Counted from the first letter of the stretch, positions 10,296-20,380 are shown. The stretch is 64,000 nucleotides of DNA from an uncultured Elusimicrobia bacterium (GCA_964508565.1 CAZDUB010000004.1:38874-102873); one strand, 5' to 3'. The notes: generated from the sequence alone by a model not told the origin. Made by a program: numbers and translations.

Positions 10296-10961
10296 ATGAC
10301 AAAAGAATTTGAAATTTTAGCAGAGACAAGAGAAATAACAACAAAAGGTAAACTTAAAGAATTAAGAAAGAAAGGATATATCCCTGCTGTAGCTTACGGG
10401 GGAAAGCATCAACCATATCATCTATATGTAAAATTTAAAACTCTCAATAATTTAATAAAACAAACATCAATAGAAGGGACCATTTTCACATTAAAATTCC
10501 AAGATAAAGAATTTCCAGTGATTATTAAAGAGATTCAAAGAGATCCTATAACAGACAATCCAATACACATTGATTTTCAGATAATATCTCTTAAAGAAAA
10601 AGTTGAAGTTAAAGTACCAATTCGTATCGTTGGAGAAGAAGTTGCTCTTAAACACACAGGTGGTATTATTGACTATCCTGTAAGAGAATTAAGAATTAAA
10701 TGTTTGCCAAAAGATATTCCTCCATATATTGAGTTGGATGTTTCAAATTTAAAAATAGGGCAAGCAATAACAGTAAAAGATATACCACAAGAAAAATTTA
10801 CAATTTTAGAGTCGCCTGATACTATAATAGTTCATATTTTATCAAAGAAAGCTGTTGAAGAAGTACCAACTTCTGGAGAAGGTATAACTACTTCACAAGA
10901 ACCGGAAGTTATTGCTAAAGGTAAGAAAGAAAAAGCAGAAGGTTCTGAAGAAAAGAAATAA
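10296..10961 (+). CDS. rplY: 50S ribosomal protein L25 / general stress protein Ctc
   Basis: L25/Ctc N-domain (GYIPAVAYGG) with long C-terminal extension. Confidence 0.85.
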   Translation: MTKEFEILAETREITTKGKLKELRKKGYIPAVAYGGKHQPYHLYVKFKTLNNLIKQTSIEGTIFTLKFQDKEFPVIIKEIQRDPITDNPIHIDFQIISLKEKVEVKVPIRIVGEEVALKHTGGIIDYPVRELRIKCLPKDIPPYIELDVSNLKIGQAITVKDIPQEKFTILESPDTIIVHILSKKAVEEVPTSGEGITTSQEPEVIAKGKKEKAEGSEEKK

Positions 10962-10994
10962 TTTTAAATATATATTTGTTTTTGGAGGATATCT

Positions 10995-11558
10995 TTGATG
11001 GATATCAAGTTAATTGTTGGATTAGGTAATCCTGGACGAGCCCATATTTATGACAGGCATAACATAGGATTCATGATAATAGATCATATGTCAAACATTT
11101 TTAAATTTAAGATGTTTAATCATAGAGATTTTTCTGTAGGCAGAAAAAAATTTTTAGGTAAAGAAATACATTTTTTGAAACCATTGACATATATGAATCT
11201 AAGTGGACTTGCTGTACATCAGTTTGTTACTAAGAAAGGGATTTTTCCACAAGAAGTACTTGTGATATCTGACGATTTTTCTATTAATTTAGGTACAATA
11301 CGTGTTCGTCAGAGAGGTTCTTCAGGAGGGCATAACGGTTTAGGTTCTATAATAGATTGGCTAAAAACAGAATATATCCCAAGAATAAGAATAGGTATAG
11401 GGCCTGTACCTGATGGTGTTGATCCTAAAGATTTTGTATTACAGAAGTTTGATAGAGAAGAACTACCGATAGTAGCAAAAATTAAAGATGAAGTAGTTGA
11501 ACTAATAAAAAAAATAATAAAAGAAGGAGTTGAAAATTTAACTATTGAAGTAAAATAA
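10995..11558 (+). CDS. pth: peptidyl-tRNA hydrolase
   Basis: IVGLGNPG...RHNIGF N-terminal signature. Confidence 0.9.
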   Translation: MMDIKLIVGLGNPGRAHIYDRHNIGFMIIDHMSNIFKFKMFNHRDFSVGRKKFLGKEIHFLKPLTYMNLSGLAVHQFVTKKGIFPQEVLVISDDFSINLGTIRVRQRGSSGGHNGLGSIIDWLKTEYIPRIRIGIGPVPDGVDPKDFVLQKFDREELPIVAKIKDEVVELIKKIIKEGVENLTIEVK

Positions 11559-11561
11559 TAT

Positions 11562-11635
11562 GGGCCTGTAGCTCAGCTGGTTAGAGTACTTGCTTGACAT
11601 GCAAGGGGTCCTCGGTTCGAGTCCGAGCAGGCCCA
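11562..11635 (+). tRNA. tRNA-Val (anticodon GAC)
   Basis: GGGCCTG acceptor stem, CTTGC/GCAAG anticodon stem with loop TTGACAT, GGTTCGAGTCC T-arm, discriminator A; CCA not encoded; T-run follows. Confidence 0.85.
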
Positions 11636-11659
11636 TGTTTTTTTATTATTTTTAAAGAG

Positions 11660-13387
11660 ATGAATCACGAAAACAAAAATTTTGACCTTGCAACATTAAG
11701 GCATTCAGCATCTCACATACTGGCATCTGCAGTTGTAGAAATGTTTCCAGGAACGAAATTAGGTATAGGACCTTCAACAGAAGATGGTTTTTATTACGAT
11801 TTTGACTTACCTGTAAAAATTTCAGAAGAAGACTTACCTAAAATAGAAGAAAAAATGCGTGAAATTATTGATGGCGACTATGAGTTTGTAAGAAAAGAAA
11901 TTTCTAAAGAAGAAGCTAAAAAATTTTTTTCAGAAAGAAACCAGACCTACAAGTTAGAGTTAATAGATGAAATCCCAGAAGATAAAGTTTCAATTTATAC
12001 TCATAATAATTTTACAGATTTATGCCGTGGCCCCCATATAAAAACAACAGGACAACTAAAATATTTTAAACTTTTGTCAGTTTCAGGAGCATACTGGCGT
12101 GGAAACGAAAAAAATCCGCAGCTTACAAGGATATATGGCACAGCTTTCTTTACTAAACAAGAATTAGATGAATATTTACACAGATTAGAAGAAGCAAAAA
12201 AAAGAGACCACAGAAAATTAGGAAGAGATCTTGAACTTTTTGAAATCTTTGAAGACGAATTTGGTAGTGGTTTAGTGTTTTGGTTACCAAAAGGAGCAAT
12301 TATAAGAAAAATTATAGAAGATTACTTAAAAGATTTTCATCTTAAAAACGGATATTATTTAGTTTATACTCCGCATATTGCTAAAACAAATCTCTGGGAA
12401 AAATCCGGTCATTTAAGCTTTTATTCTGAAAACATGTTTTCTCCTATGGATGTTGAAGGTCAAAAATATATAATAAAACCTATGAACTGCCCTGGGCATG
12501 TTTTAATTTATAAATCAAAGCTTCGTTCTTACAGAGACCTGCCTTTAAGATTTTTTGAACTTGGGAATGTATATAGATATGAAAGGTCTGGAGTGTTACA
12601 TGGACTTATGCGTGTACGTGGTTTTACCCAAGATGACGCTCATATCTTCTGTACTCCAGAAAATGTAGAAAATGAGATTTTATCTTTATTAGATACAATA
12701 GTTTTTATATTAAACAAGTTTGGTTTTAAAGAATATAGTATAAAACTTTCTACAAGACCAGAAAAATATATTGGTGATTTAGAACATTGGCAGTTAGCTG
12801 AGACTGCTCTTAGGACAGCTTTAGAAAAAAAAGGATTAAAATATGATATAGAGCCTGGCGAAGGAGTTTTTTATGGTCCTAAAATAGACCTTAAAATAAA
12901 AGATGCTATAGGTAGATTATGGCAGTGTTCTACAATTCAAGTGGATTTTAACCTGCCACAAAGATTTGATGTTAGATATAGAGATAAAGATGGACAAGAT
13001 AAATATGTAATAATGATTCACAGAGCACTCCTTGGTTCTTTAGAAAGATTCTTTGCAGTACTAATTGAAAACTATGCAGGAGTTTTTCCATTGTGGTTAG
13101 CTCCAATTCAAGTAAAAATACTTCCTTTAAGTGAAAAATTTTTAGATTACGCAACTTATATAAAAGAAATTTTTGATAAAAATAATTTCCGTGTAGAAAT
13201 AGATACTTCTTCTTCTACTCTGCAACATAAAATTAGAGAAGGAATAACTCAAAAAATTCCTTACTTAATAATATTAGGACAAAAAGAACAACAAGAAAAC
13301 AAAATCTCAGTTAGAAAATATTCTTCTGATAAAACGGAAGTATGGAATATTGTAGATTTTATAGAAAAATTAAAACAAGAATTGTAA
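11660..13387 (+). CDS. thrS: threonine--tRNA ligase (lacks the N-terminal TGS domain)
   Basis: Starts at ATG 11660 (MNHENK...); the longer ORF from 11594 would overlap the tRNA; editing-domain HxxxH/CxxxH motifs (RHSASHIL, CRGPH), class II core, anticodon-binding domain. Confidence 0.9.
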   Translation: MNHENKNFDLATLRHSASHILASAVVEMFPGTKLGIGPSTEDGFYYDFDLPVKISEEDLPKIEEKMREIIDGDYEFVRKEISKEEAKKFFSERNQTYKLELIDEIPEDKVSIYTHNNFTDLCRGPHIKTTGQLKYFKLLSVSGAYWRGNEKNPQLTRIYGTAFFTKQELDEYLHRLEEAKKRDHRKLGRDLELFEIFEDEFGSGLVFWLPKGAIIRKIIEDYLKDFHLKNGYYLVYTPHIAKTNLWEKSGHLSFYSENMFSPMDVEGQKYIIKPMNCPGHVLIYKSKLRSYRDLPLRFFELGNVYRYERSGVLHGLMRVRGFTQDDAHIFCTPENVENEILSLLDTIVFILNKFGFKEYSIKLSTRPEKYIGDLEHWQLAETALRTALEKKGLKYDIEPGEGVFYGPKIDLKIKDAIGRLWQCSTIQVDFNLPQRFDVRYRDKDGQDKYVIMIHRALLGSLERFFAVLIENYAGVFPLWLAPIQVKILPLSEKFLDYATYIKEIFDKNNFRVEIDTSSSTLQHKIREGITQKIPYLIILGQKEQQENKISVRKYSSDKTEVWNIVDFIEKLKQEL

Positions 13388-13413
13388 AAAACAGGGGGAA
13401 AAAATAAAAAAAT

Positions 13414-13932
13414 ATGGATATAAGAAAATATAGAGTAAACCAAAATATACGTGCAAAAGAAGTTAGAGTTGTTGATGAGAATGGACAACAGATAGGAATA
13501 ATGCCCATACAGGAAGCTCTTAAAGAAGCTCAACAAAGAGGACTTGATTTGGTAGAAATAGCACCACAAGCAAATCCACCTGTTTGTAAAATAATAGATT
13601 TTTCAAAATTCAAATATCAACAACAAAAAAAAGAAAAAGAATTAAAAAAAAGTCAAAGATTATCTCATATAAAAGAGATTTACTTAAAACCATCTATTTC
13701 TGATCATGACTTATTAATTAAAATAAATCATGTTAAAGAATTTTTACAGCATCTACATCCTGTCAAGATTGTGATAACATATGTAGGAAGATTAATGGAA
13801 TTTTTCGAACAAACATCTCAACCGTTAGTTGACAAAATAGTAAACGAACTAAAAGATTTTGGTAATATTACGAATATAAGAAAAGATAAAAATAGAATTA
13901 CCATAATTATTGATCCCAAAAAAAATAAATAA
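13414..13932 (+). CDS. infC: translation initiation factor IF-3
   Basis: IRAKEVRVVDENGQQIGIM...LDLVEI N-domain; conserved C-domain. Confidence 0.9.
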   Translation: MDIRKYRVNQNIRAKEVRVVDENGQQIGIMPIQEALKEAQQRGLDLVEIAPQANPPVCKIIDFSKFKYQQQKKEKELKKSQRLSHIKEIYLKPSISDHDLLIKINHVKEFLQHLHPVKIVITYVGRLMEFFEQTSQPLVDKIVNELKDFGNITNIRKDKNRITIIIDPKKNK

Positions 13933-14041
13933 TTATTTTACTATCAAGGATAGATTTAACGAGATACTTTGCTTTCATAATAATCTATAATTAAATAACC
14001 TCTCGTCAATATGAGAGGTAAATTAAATAAAAGGAGGGAAT

Positions 14042-14245
14042 ATGGCTAAACAAAAATTAAAATCGCATTCAGGAGCTAAAAAAAGATTTAAGTTTACAGC
14101 TAAAGGAAAAATAAAATATAAAAAAGCAGGAGCAAGACATTTACTAACTGGAATGTCTTCCTCAAGAGGTAGAAAATTAAGAAAATTAGACATATTAAGT
14201 AAAAGTGATGCAAAGAATATAAAGTTATTACTACCTTATAAATAG
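14042..14245 (+). CDS. rpmI: 50S ribosomal protein L35
   Basis: MAKQKLKSHSGAKKRFKFTAKGK...LLPY; 67 aa. Confidence 0.9.
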   Translation: MAKQKLKSHSGAKKRFKFTAKGKIKYKKAGARHLLTGMSSSRGRKLRKLDILSKSDAKNIKLLLPYK

Positions 14246-14263
14246 AAAAGGAGGAACAATTTT

Positions 14264-15256
14264 ATGGTAAAAATATATTATGACAACGATGCAGATATAA
14301 GTGTGTTAAATAACAAAATAGTAGGCATAATAGGATACGGGAGTCAAGGAAGGGGACAGAGCTTATGTTTAAAAGAATCTGGAGTAAAAGTTATAGTTTC
14401 TGAACTTGAAGGTACCCCAAACTATCAACAAGCCAAACAAGACGGTTTTGAAGTTTATACTGCTGAAGAAGTAGCAAGACAAGCAGATATTATCCAGATA
14501 TTAACTCAAGACCATGTCCAAGCAGAAGTTTATAAAAATTATATAAAAAAACATCTCAAACCTGGCAAAGCTTTATGTTTCTCTCATGGATTCAATATTC
14601 ACTTCAAACAAATAAAACCACCAAAAGACATAGATGTTTTTATGGTAGCTCCTAAAGGTCCTGGACCATTAGTTTGGGAGATGTATAAAGAAGGTAAAGG
14701 AATCCCAGCATTGGTGGCTGTCTATCAAGATGCTACAGGAAATGCTATGAAGTTAGCTTTAGCTTATGCTAAAGCTATTGGAGCAACGAGAGCGGGTGTT
14801 ATAGAAACTACATTTAAAGAAGAAACGGAAACAGATCTTTTTGGAGAACAAGCAGTTTTATGTGGTGGAGTAAGTGAGTTGATACATGCCGGATTTGATA
14901 CATTAGTTGAAGCAGGATATCAACCGGAAATTGCATACTTTGAAGTTTTACATGAACTTAAATTAATAACAGATTTAATTCAACAATATGGTATATCTGG
15001 TATGAGAAGAAGAGTTTCCAACACAGCATGTTATGGTGATTTAACTCGTGGCCCAAGAGTGATAGATCAAAGAGTAAGAAAAACGATGAAGAAGATATTA
15101 AAAGAAATTCAAACAGGCAAATTTGCTCGTGAATGGATTAAAGAAAACAAAACAGGAAGAAAAAAATTTAATGAGTTGTTGAAAAAAGGTGATGAACATC
15201 CAATTGAAGAAGTTGGTAAAAAATTAAGAGAAATGATGCCTTGGATGAAAAAATAA
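14264..15256 (+). CDS. ilvC: ketol-acid reductoisomerase (class I)
   Basis: [22 protein letters not shown] Rossmann motif; 330 aa. Confidence 0.92.
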   Translation: MVKIYYDNDADISVLNNKIVGIIGYGSQGRGQSLCLKESGVKVIVSELEGTPNYQQAKQDGFEVYTAEEVARQADIIQILTQDHVQAEVYKNYIKKHLKPGKALCFSHGFNIHFKQIKPPKDIDVFMVAPKGPGPLVWEMYKEGKGIPALVAVYQDATGNAMKLALAYAKAIGATRAGVIETTFKEETETDLFGEQAVLCGGVSELIHAGFDTLVEAGYQPEIAYFEVLHELKLITDLIQQYGISGMRRRVSNTACYGDLTRGPRVIDQRVRKTMKKILKEIQTGKFAREWIKENKTGRKKFNELLKKGDEHPIEEVGKKLREMMPWMKK

Positions 15257-15283
15257 ATGTTCGCTACAAATCTTTGTTGATTT

Positions 15284-15928
15284 ATGTTAAAAGAAGGTAG
15301 AAGAATAGTAACTGTTTTTGTTATATTGACAATATTTTGCTATTCTGTAAGTTTTTTTTTAAATATATTTCTTTTGCCAACGATTTTTTTTGGAGTACTT
15401 ACTCTTTTGTTGATAAACTTTTTTCGTGACCCAGAAAGAAAAATTGTAAAAAATTCGAATTTCTTGTATTCTCCTGCCGATGGTAAAGTTTTTGATATAG
15501 TAGAAAATTCTGCTACATATTGTATCAAAATTTTTATGTCAGTTTTAGATGTTCATGTTCAAAGATCTCCGGTTGATGGTGTTGTAAAAAAAATAGAATA
15601 CAAGAAAGGAAAATTCTTGATTGCTGGCAAAGACAAAACAGATATTTTTAACGAAAAAAATATAATTGAAATTGAAAATAAACAACAAGAAAAATTTATA
15701 ATAACACAAATTACAGGATTTTTAGCCAGAAGAATTGTTTGTTGGGTAAAGGAAAACCAAAGTGTTTCTCAAAATCAGAAAATAGGTGCAATTCTGTTAG
15801 GCTCACAAGTAAATTTTGAATTTCCAAAAGATAAATATAAAATTTTGATAAATAAAAACCAAAAAGTTTATGCAGGAATAACAGCTGTTGCTGTTAAAAT
15901 ACAACATAAAAATGAATCTCCAAATTAA
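15284..15928 (+). CDS. psd: phosphatidylserine decarboxylase proenzyme (short archaeal-like type)
   Basis: PSD-fold region with LLGSQV self-cleavage motif near the C-terminus; TM N-terminus. Confidence 0.75.
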   Translation: MLKEGRRIVTVFVILTIFCYSVSFFLNIFLLPTIFFGVLTLLLINFFRDPERKIVKNSNFLYSPADGKVFDIVENSATYCIKIFMSVLDVHVQRSPVDGVVKKIEYKKGKFLIAGKDKTDIFNEKNIIEIENKQQEKFIITQITGFLARRIVCWVKENQSVSQNQKIGAILLGSQVNFEFPKDKYKILINKNQKVYAGITAVAVKIQHKNESPN

Positions 15929-16724
15929 CAAAAAAGCAAATACTTTTGTTTATTTATTCCCAACATTTTTTACTGCTGCAAATATGTTTTGTGGCTTGTA
16001 TTCTATATTATTAAGCATAAAAGGTAATTTTATAAAAGCAGCATGGTTAATTATTTTTGGTATAATATTTGATGGGATAGATGGGGCAATTGCAAGGTCT
16101 AAAAAAATAGAAACTTTATTAGGAGCGGAGTTAGATTCTTTGGCGGATTTTATCACTTTTTGTATAGCTCCAATAATTTTACTTTGGCAGTTAATTATGT
16201 ATAGGTTCTCTATACCTGGTGTTGTCATTTGTTTTTTATATGTCCTTTCGAGCGCAATTAGATTAGCAAGATTTAATGTTAATATATATAATGATGAAAA
16301 AAACGAAAGAAAAACATTTATCAATGGCCTACCAACTCCAGCTTCGGCAGGGTTTATAATTTCATTAGTTTTTTTAATATGGATAACAAGCAACGAACCA
16401 GATGTTTCAAAAAGACATATTACTTTTATTTTAACATTAGTACCATGGCTTTTAAATGTTTTACCAGCGATTATTCTTATTTTATCTATATTAATGATTA
16501 CTAAGATTAGATATCCTAAGATTAATGTAAAATTAACGCAAAAAACTTCGCTGAGATTTTTTATTTTATTTGTTGGGATTATACTTCTTATTTTAGCCTA
16601 TCCTGAGACATCTATATTCCTTATTTTTGCAGCTTATATCTTGTGGGGATTGTTTGAATATCTATACAAAATCTATAATTTCAGAAAAAATAAAAATTAT
16701 AATGCTATCAGAAGTAAAGAATAA
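15912..16724 (+). CDS. pssA: CDP-diacylglycerol--serine O-phosphatidyltransferase (CDP-alcohol phosphatidyltransferase family)
   Basis: DGIDGAIAR...GAELDSLADFITFCIAP motif; probable start at ATG 15912 (the ORF opens at 15888), overlapping the end of psd. Confidence 0.8.
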   Translation: MNLQINKKANTFVYLFPTFFTAANMFCGLYSILLSIKGNFIKAAWLIIFGIIFDGIDGAIARSKKIETLLGAELDSLADFITFCIAPIILLWQLIMYRFSIPGVVICFLYVLSSAIRLARFNVNIYNDEKNERKTFINGLPTPASAGFIISLVFLIWITSNEPDVSKRHITFILTLVPWLLNVLPAIILILSILMITKIRYPKINVKLTQKTSLRFFILFVGIILLILAYPETSIFLIFAAYILWGLFEYLYKIYNFRKNKNYNAIRSKE

Positions 16725-17331
16725 AATAATATCTGTTTGTGAGTATCTAAAGAATAATGGATTTTTGATAAGTACTGAAGGCAACATCTCTACACGAATA
16801 GATAATAACAAAATTGTTATAACACCAAAAAGAAAAGATAAAAAAAACCTTAAACCTTCTGATCTTGTAGTAATTGATTTAAATGGTAAAAAATTACTTG
16901 GGAAAAATCAACCTTCTGGTGAGTGGAGAGTGCATTCAATTATATACAAATTAAGGCCAGAAATTAAAGCAGTAATTCATACACATCCAGTATATACAAC
17001 AGCTCTTTCTTTAACTAATTTTAATATAAACATCCCTGTATTGCCAGAGATAATATTTGAGGTTGGAAAGATTTCTTTAGTAGAATATGCTCCCTTTTAT
17101 ACAGAAGAGTTAGCAGAAAACTTAAAAAAATATATTAAAGATTCTAATGCGTTTATATTAAAGAATCACGGTTTAATCACAATAGGTACAAGTTTAGAAG
17201 AAGCATTGGTTAAAACAGAAAAAGTAGAATATTTGTGTAAAGTTTTGTTTATAGCAAACTCTTTTGGAAAAATAACTTATCTTTCTAAGAAGCAAGTAGG
17301 GAATTTATTAAAATTGGTAAATAAAACTTGA
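16702..17331 (+). CDS. class II aldolase/adducin-family protein (L-fuculose-phosphate aldolase / epimerase-like)
   Basis: EGNISTR...HTHPVYTTALS motifs; start likely at ATG 16702 (the ORF opens at 16627, overlapping pssA). Confidence 0.75.
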   Translation: MLSEVKNKIISVCEYLKNNGFLISTEGNISTRIDNNKIVITPKRKDKKNLKPSDLVVIDLNGKKLLGKNQPSGEWRVHSIIYKLRPEIKAVIHTHPVYTTALSLTNFNINIPVLPEIIFEVGKISLVEYAPFYTEELAENLKKYIKDSNAFILKNHGLITIGTSLEEALVKTEKVEYLCKVLFIANSFGKITYLSKKQVGNLLKLVNKT

Positions 17332-17391
17332 CTTTTTGGGAATTTTATTGTAAAAAATACAACTAAAATCCTTAAATAAGGAGGTAAGAGT

Positions 17392-17613
17392 ATGGGAGCA
17401 TTAATAGGTGGAATAATTGTAACAGCTGTTGGTATATGGTTATGGATAAAGTGGCCTGGCCAGGCAATAGTAATTCAAGGAAGTTTGCCAATAATGTTAT
17501 TATGTGGTGGTATTTTAGCAATTATAGCAGGTATTACTTCTATCAAAGATAGTATAGAAGCAAAAAAACTTGAGAAAGAAGCTCAACAGGCTCCTTCTGA
17601 AGAAAAGAAATAA
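17392..17613 (+). CDS. small two-helix membrane protein (hypothetical)
   Basis: 73 aa, two hydrophobic helices and a charged tail; AAGGAGG Shine-Dalgarno upstream. Confidence 0.45.
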   Translation: MGALIGGIIVTAVGIWLWIKWPGQAIVIQGSLPIMLLCGGILAIIAGITSIKDSIEAKKLEKEAQQAPSEEKK

Positions 17614-17721
17614 TTTAAATAATTTTTAGTTTTTTATAATTCTTGATAAAAAAGTTTAATAAAGTAAAGTTTGGATAGCGAGATTTTTGCTTGTTATTAT
17701 CTTTAGAATTTATAAATTTAT

Positions 17722-18192
17722 ATGTTGTATGTAACCAACTCGCCATTAGATACCCAAAAACTCGCCATTTCTATCGTCAAAAAATATTTAAAGAAAAATA
17801 AAAAATACTGGTTTTTTTTCTTATATGGTGAACTTGGTAGTGGGAAGACAGAGTTTGTTAAAGGAGTTGCAAAAGCATTAAAATTTGATGATTCACAAAT
17901 AAGAAGTCCAACATTTCTTGTTATTTCAGAATTAAAGAATAAGAAATTTGAGCTTTATCACTTAGATTTTTATAGAGTGGACGAGAAATTTTCAGACAGA
18001 ATCCTACACGATTTGTTAGAGGAGAAGTTATATATTAAAAAAAATATAGTTTTCTGCTTTGAATGGGCAGAAAAACTTTCAAATAAAATAAAAAATTTAA
18101 TTGAAAATATAAATTCTTCTGTTTTAGTTTCTGTAAAAATAAAGATTTTAAATTCAACAAAAAGAAAAATTTATATAGATGAGAAAAAATAA
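17722..18192 (+). CDS. tsaE: tRNA threonylcarbamoyladenosine biosynthesis protein TsaE
   Basis: Walker-A-like GELGSGKT; SPTF...HLDFYR motifs. Confidence 0.85.
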   Translation: MLYVTNSPLDTQKLAISIVKKYLKKNKKYWFFFLYGELGSGKTEFVKGVAKALKFDDSQIRSPTFLVISELKNKKFELYHLDFYRVDEKFSDRILHDLLEEKLYIKKNIVFCFEWAEKLSNKIKNLIENINSSVLVSVKIKILNSTKRKIYIDEKK

Positions 18193-18862
18193 AATAATAC
18201 TTGCAGTAGATACTTCAAACTTAAATCTTTCAATGTCTTTGTATAAAAACGAAGAAATTTTTCATTGTGAAAGAATCTCAGAAGACCACTCTGAAAATCT
18301 TACAAAGTTTTTAGAACTACTTTTGAAAAAAGCTGACATTAATCTTAAAAATATAACCCAAATAGCAGTTAATATAGGCCCTGGAAGTTTCACTGGATTA
18401 AGAATTGGTTTAAGTTTTGTAAAAACATTGAGTTTATATTTAAATATAAAAATTATTACAACAACATCTTTTCATATGTTATTATCTCAAATATTGAATA
18501 ATTTATCTCAAAATGAAACTCAATTAGTGACATCTATATTTCCGTCGGTAAAAAATGAATTTTATTTTTGTAACTTTGCTATAAAAAATAAAAATATAAA
18601 AACCCAAGAGATTGGTTATAAAAAAATGGATGAGCTTGAAATGTTAATAAAAAACAATCGCTACAACAAAAATTATATGGTTTTATGTCCAAAATTCTTA
18701 AAAGTTCAAGAATTTATAAAGAATTTAGATTATAATGTAAAAAGTGTTGAATTTTCTTCAAAATCTATTTTAGATTTAATCAATTATAAGCTAAAAGGAA
18801 CTTTTGAAAAAAAATCTCCGCAAAACCTTTTTCCTTTATATATAAGGCACACATATTATTAA
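18179..18862 (+). CDS. tsaB: tRNA threonylcarbamoyladenosine biosynthesis protein TsaB
   Basis: ILAVDTS...GPGSFTGLRIG motif; overlaps tsaE. Confidence 0.8.
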   Translation: MRKNKIILAVDTSNLNLSMSLYKNEEIFHCERISEDHSENLTKFLELLLKKADINLKNITQIAVNIGPGSFTGLRIGLSFVKTLSLYLNIKIITTTSFHMLLSQILNNLSQNETQLVTSIFPSVKNEFYFCNFAIKNKNIKTQEIGYKKMDELEMLIKNNRYNKNYMVLCPKFLKVQEFIKNLDYNVKSVEFSSKSILDLINYKLKGTFEKKSPQNLFPLYIRHTYY

Positions 18863-18878
18863 AAATTTTTGAAAAATA

Positions 18879-18908
18879 TTGACAAAATATAATAAAATTT
18901 GGTAAAAT
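18879..18908 (+). promoter_or_regulatory. sigma70-like promoter: TTGACA-18 nt-TAAAAT with upstream TG
   Basis: TTGACA at 18879-18884 and TAAAAT at 18903-18908, about 30 nt upstream of the HTH gene. Confidence 0.45.
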
Positions 18909-18940
18909 ATAGCAAAACTTAAATCTAATTATAAAAAGAT

Positions 18941-19180
18941 ATGGAAGAAAAAAAACCTCAGTTTAAAGAAGTAATGGATGTAAAAGAGCTATCTGAATAT
19001 TTGGGAATAGGAAAGTCTAAAATATACAAGCTTATTCAAGAAAAAAAGATTCCAGCCTCAAAAATTGGCAGACAATATAGATTTTCAAAATCAGTAATAG
19101 ATAGCTGGTTGAAAGAGAATTTGATCACAAGAGAAGAATTACAGTATTCGTTAGATAAGTTGTTAAAGAAAAATAAATGA
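18941..19180 (+). CDS. excisionase-family helix-turn-helix DNA-binding protein
   Basis: MDVKELSEYLGIGKSKIYKLIQEKKIPASKIGRQYRF is an HTH_17-type motif; 4-nt ATGA overlap with the downstream KamA gene. Confidence 0.7.
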   Translation: MEEKKPQFKEVMDVKELSEYLGIGKSKIYKLIQEKKIPASKIGRQYRFSKSVIDSWLKENLITREELQYSLDKLLKKNK

Positions 19181-20316
19181 ACAAACACAAAACGAAGACA
19201 GTAGAAAAAGATTTAGGAAATTATCACAACATATTTAAGACTATAAATTCTTCAACTTACTCATTCAATGATTGGTTCACACAGTTTAAAAACAGAATCA
19301 AAAACTTTCAAAAAATAAATCATATTTTAAATCTCACACTTGAAGAACAAAGAGGCTGCTTACATTCAAAATTTAAGTTTGCAGTTACTCCATATATTTT
19401 GTCACTAATGGATAAAAATAGTGAGAATTGCCCAATTCGTAGACAATTTATTCCAACCATTAATGAAATAAAAGTGCTTCCCGAAGAGTTAACTCAAAAA
19501 GAAGAACAAAATTCAGAATATCCCTATGGTGTTATAAACAAACATTCTAACAGCATAACAATTTTTTTAACAGACCAGTGTGCTTCTTATTGTAGATTTT
19601 GTTCTTGGAGAAATTTTGTAGGTAAAACTGAAACATATCTTAATCATGGTGAATTTGGGTTGGTGATTAAATATATTAAAGAACATCCTGAGATTACAAA
19701 TGTAATTCTTTCAGGTGGTGATCCATTAACTCTCTCAGATGAGAAATTAGATTTTTACTTATCGCAATTGCGTAAAATACAAACCATCTCTGTAATTCAG
19801 ATAGAGACAAGAGTACCTATATTATTACCACATAGGATAACACAAAAATTATGTGATGTATTAAAAAAATATAAACCCATATTTATTAATGTAATGTTTA
19901 ACCATCCAAAAGAAATAAACGAATTTACAGTATACGCTTGCAGTTTACTAATAAATAACGGATTAGTTATTAATTCGAATACAGTTTTGTTAAGAGGAAT
20001 AAACGATAAACTCCAAATTTTAGCTGAACTTTTTAATAAACTATTAAGTTTAAATATTCGTCCATATCAGCTCCTACAATGTGATATCTCAGAAGGAATT
20101 TCACATTTCAGAACACCTTTATCTGTGGGACTAAAGTTGATAAAACAACTACGAGGTTTAACTTCTGATTTAGCAATACCTAATTTTGTTGTAAATTTAA
20201 CTTCTATTAACAAAATTGTTGTTTCTCCACAAGTAATTGTTTCAAAAAATAAAAATAATGTGATATTAAAAGATTACGAAGATAAAATTTTTGTATATCC
20301 TGAAGTGAAATATTAA
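19177..20316 (+). CDS. KamA-family radical SAM protein (lysine 2,3-aminomutase / EpmB-like)
   Basis: CASYCRFCSWR radical-SAM cysteine triad preceded by KamA N-terminal signature (AVTPYILSLM...CPIRRQFIP). Confidence 0.8.
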   Translation: MNKHKTKTVEKDLGNYHNIFKTINSSTYSFNDWFTQFKNRIKNFQKINHILNLTLEEQRGCLHSKFKFAVTPYILSLMDKNSENCPIRRQFIPTINEIKVLPEELTQKEEQNSEYPYGVINKHSNSITIFLTDQCASYCRFCSWRNFVGKTETYLNHGEFGLVIKYIKEHPEITNVILSGGDPLTLSDEKLDFYLSQLRKIQTISVIQIETRVPILLPHRITQKLCDVLKKYKPIFINVMFNHPKEINEFTVYACSLLINNGLVINSNTVLLRGINDKLQILAELFNKLLSLNIRPYQLLQCDISEGISHFRTPLSVGLKLIKQLRGLTSDLAIPNFVVNLTSINKIVVSPQVIVSKNKNNVILKDYEDKIFVYPEVKY

Positions 20317-20328
20317 AATTAAAATAGA

Positions 20329-20349
20329 CTCAGAGAGACATTCTCTGAG
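20329..20349 (+). other. stem-loop (CTCAGAG/CTCTGAG) between the KamA gene and the small repeat-protein gene; no U-tract
   Basis: 7-9 bp inverted repeat read directly from the sequence; no T-run follows on the + strand. Confidence 0.4.
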
Positions 20350-20380
20350 GAAAAATTATTAAAAAAGGAGGTAAAAAGAC

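Noticed and set aside
11594-11659. N-terminal 22-codon extension of the thrS ORF (MTCKGSSVRVRAGPCFFIIFKE)
   Set aside because: It is simply the tRNA-Val gene read in frame. The real start is ATG 11660.
13933-14041. Riboswitch or T-box leaders upstream of thrS, ilvC and infC/rpmI
   Set aside because: Intergenic spaces are 18-110 nt, too short for T-box or known riboswitch aptamers. Only a simple hairpin is present between infC and rpmI.
20329-20349. Hairpin after the KamA gene as an intrinsic terminator
   Set aside because: No U-tract on the plus strand (followed by GAAAAATTATT). It also resembles a PyrR-loop-like CAGAGAG only loosely, with 2 mismatches and the wrong context.
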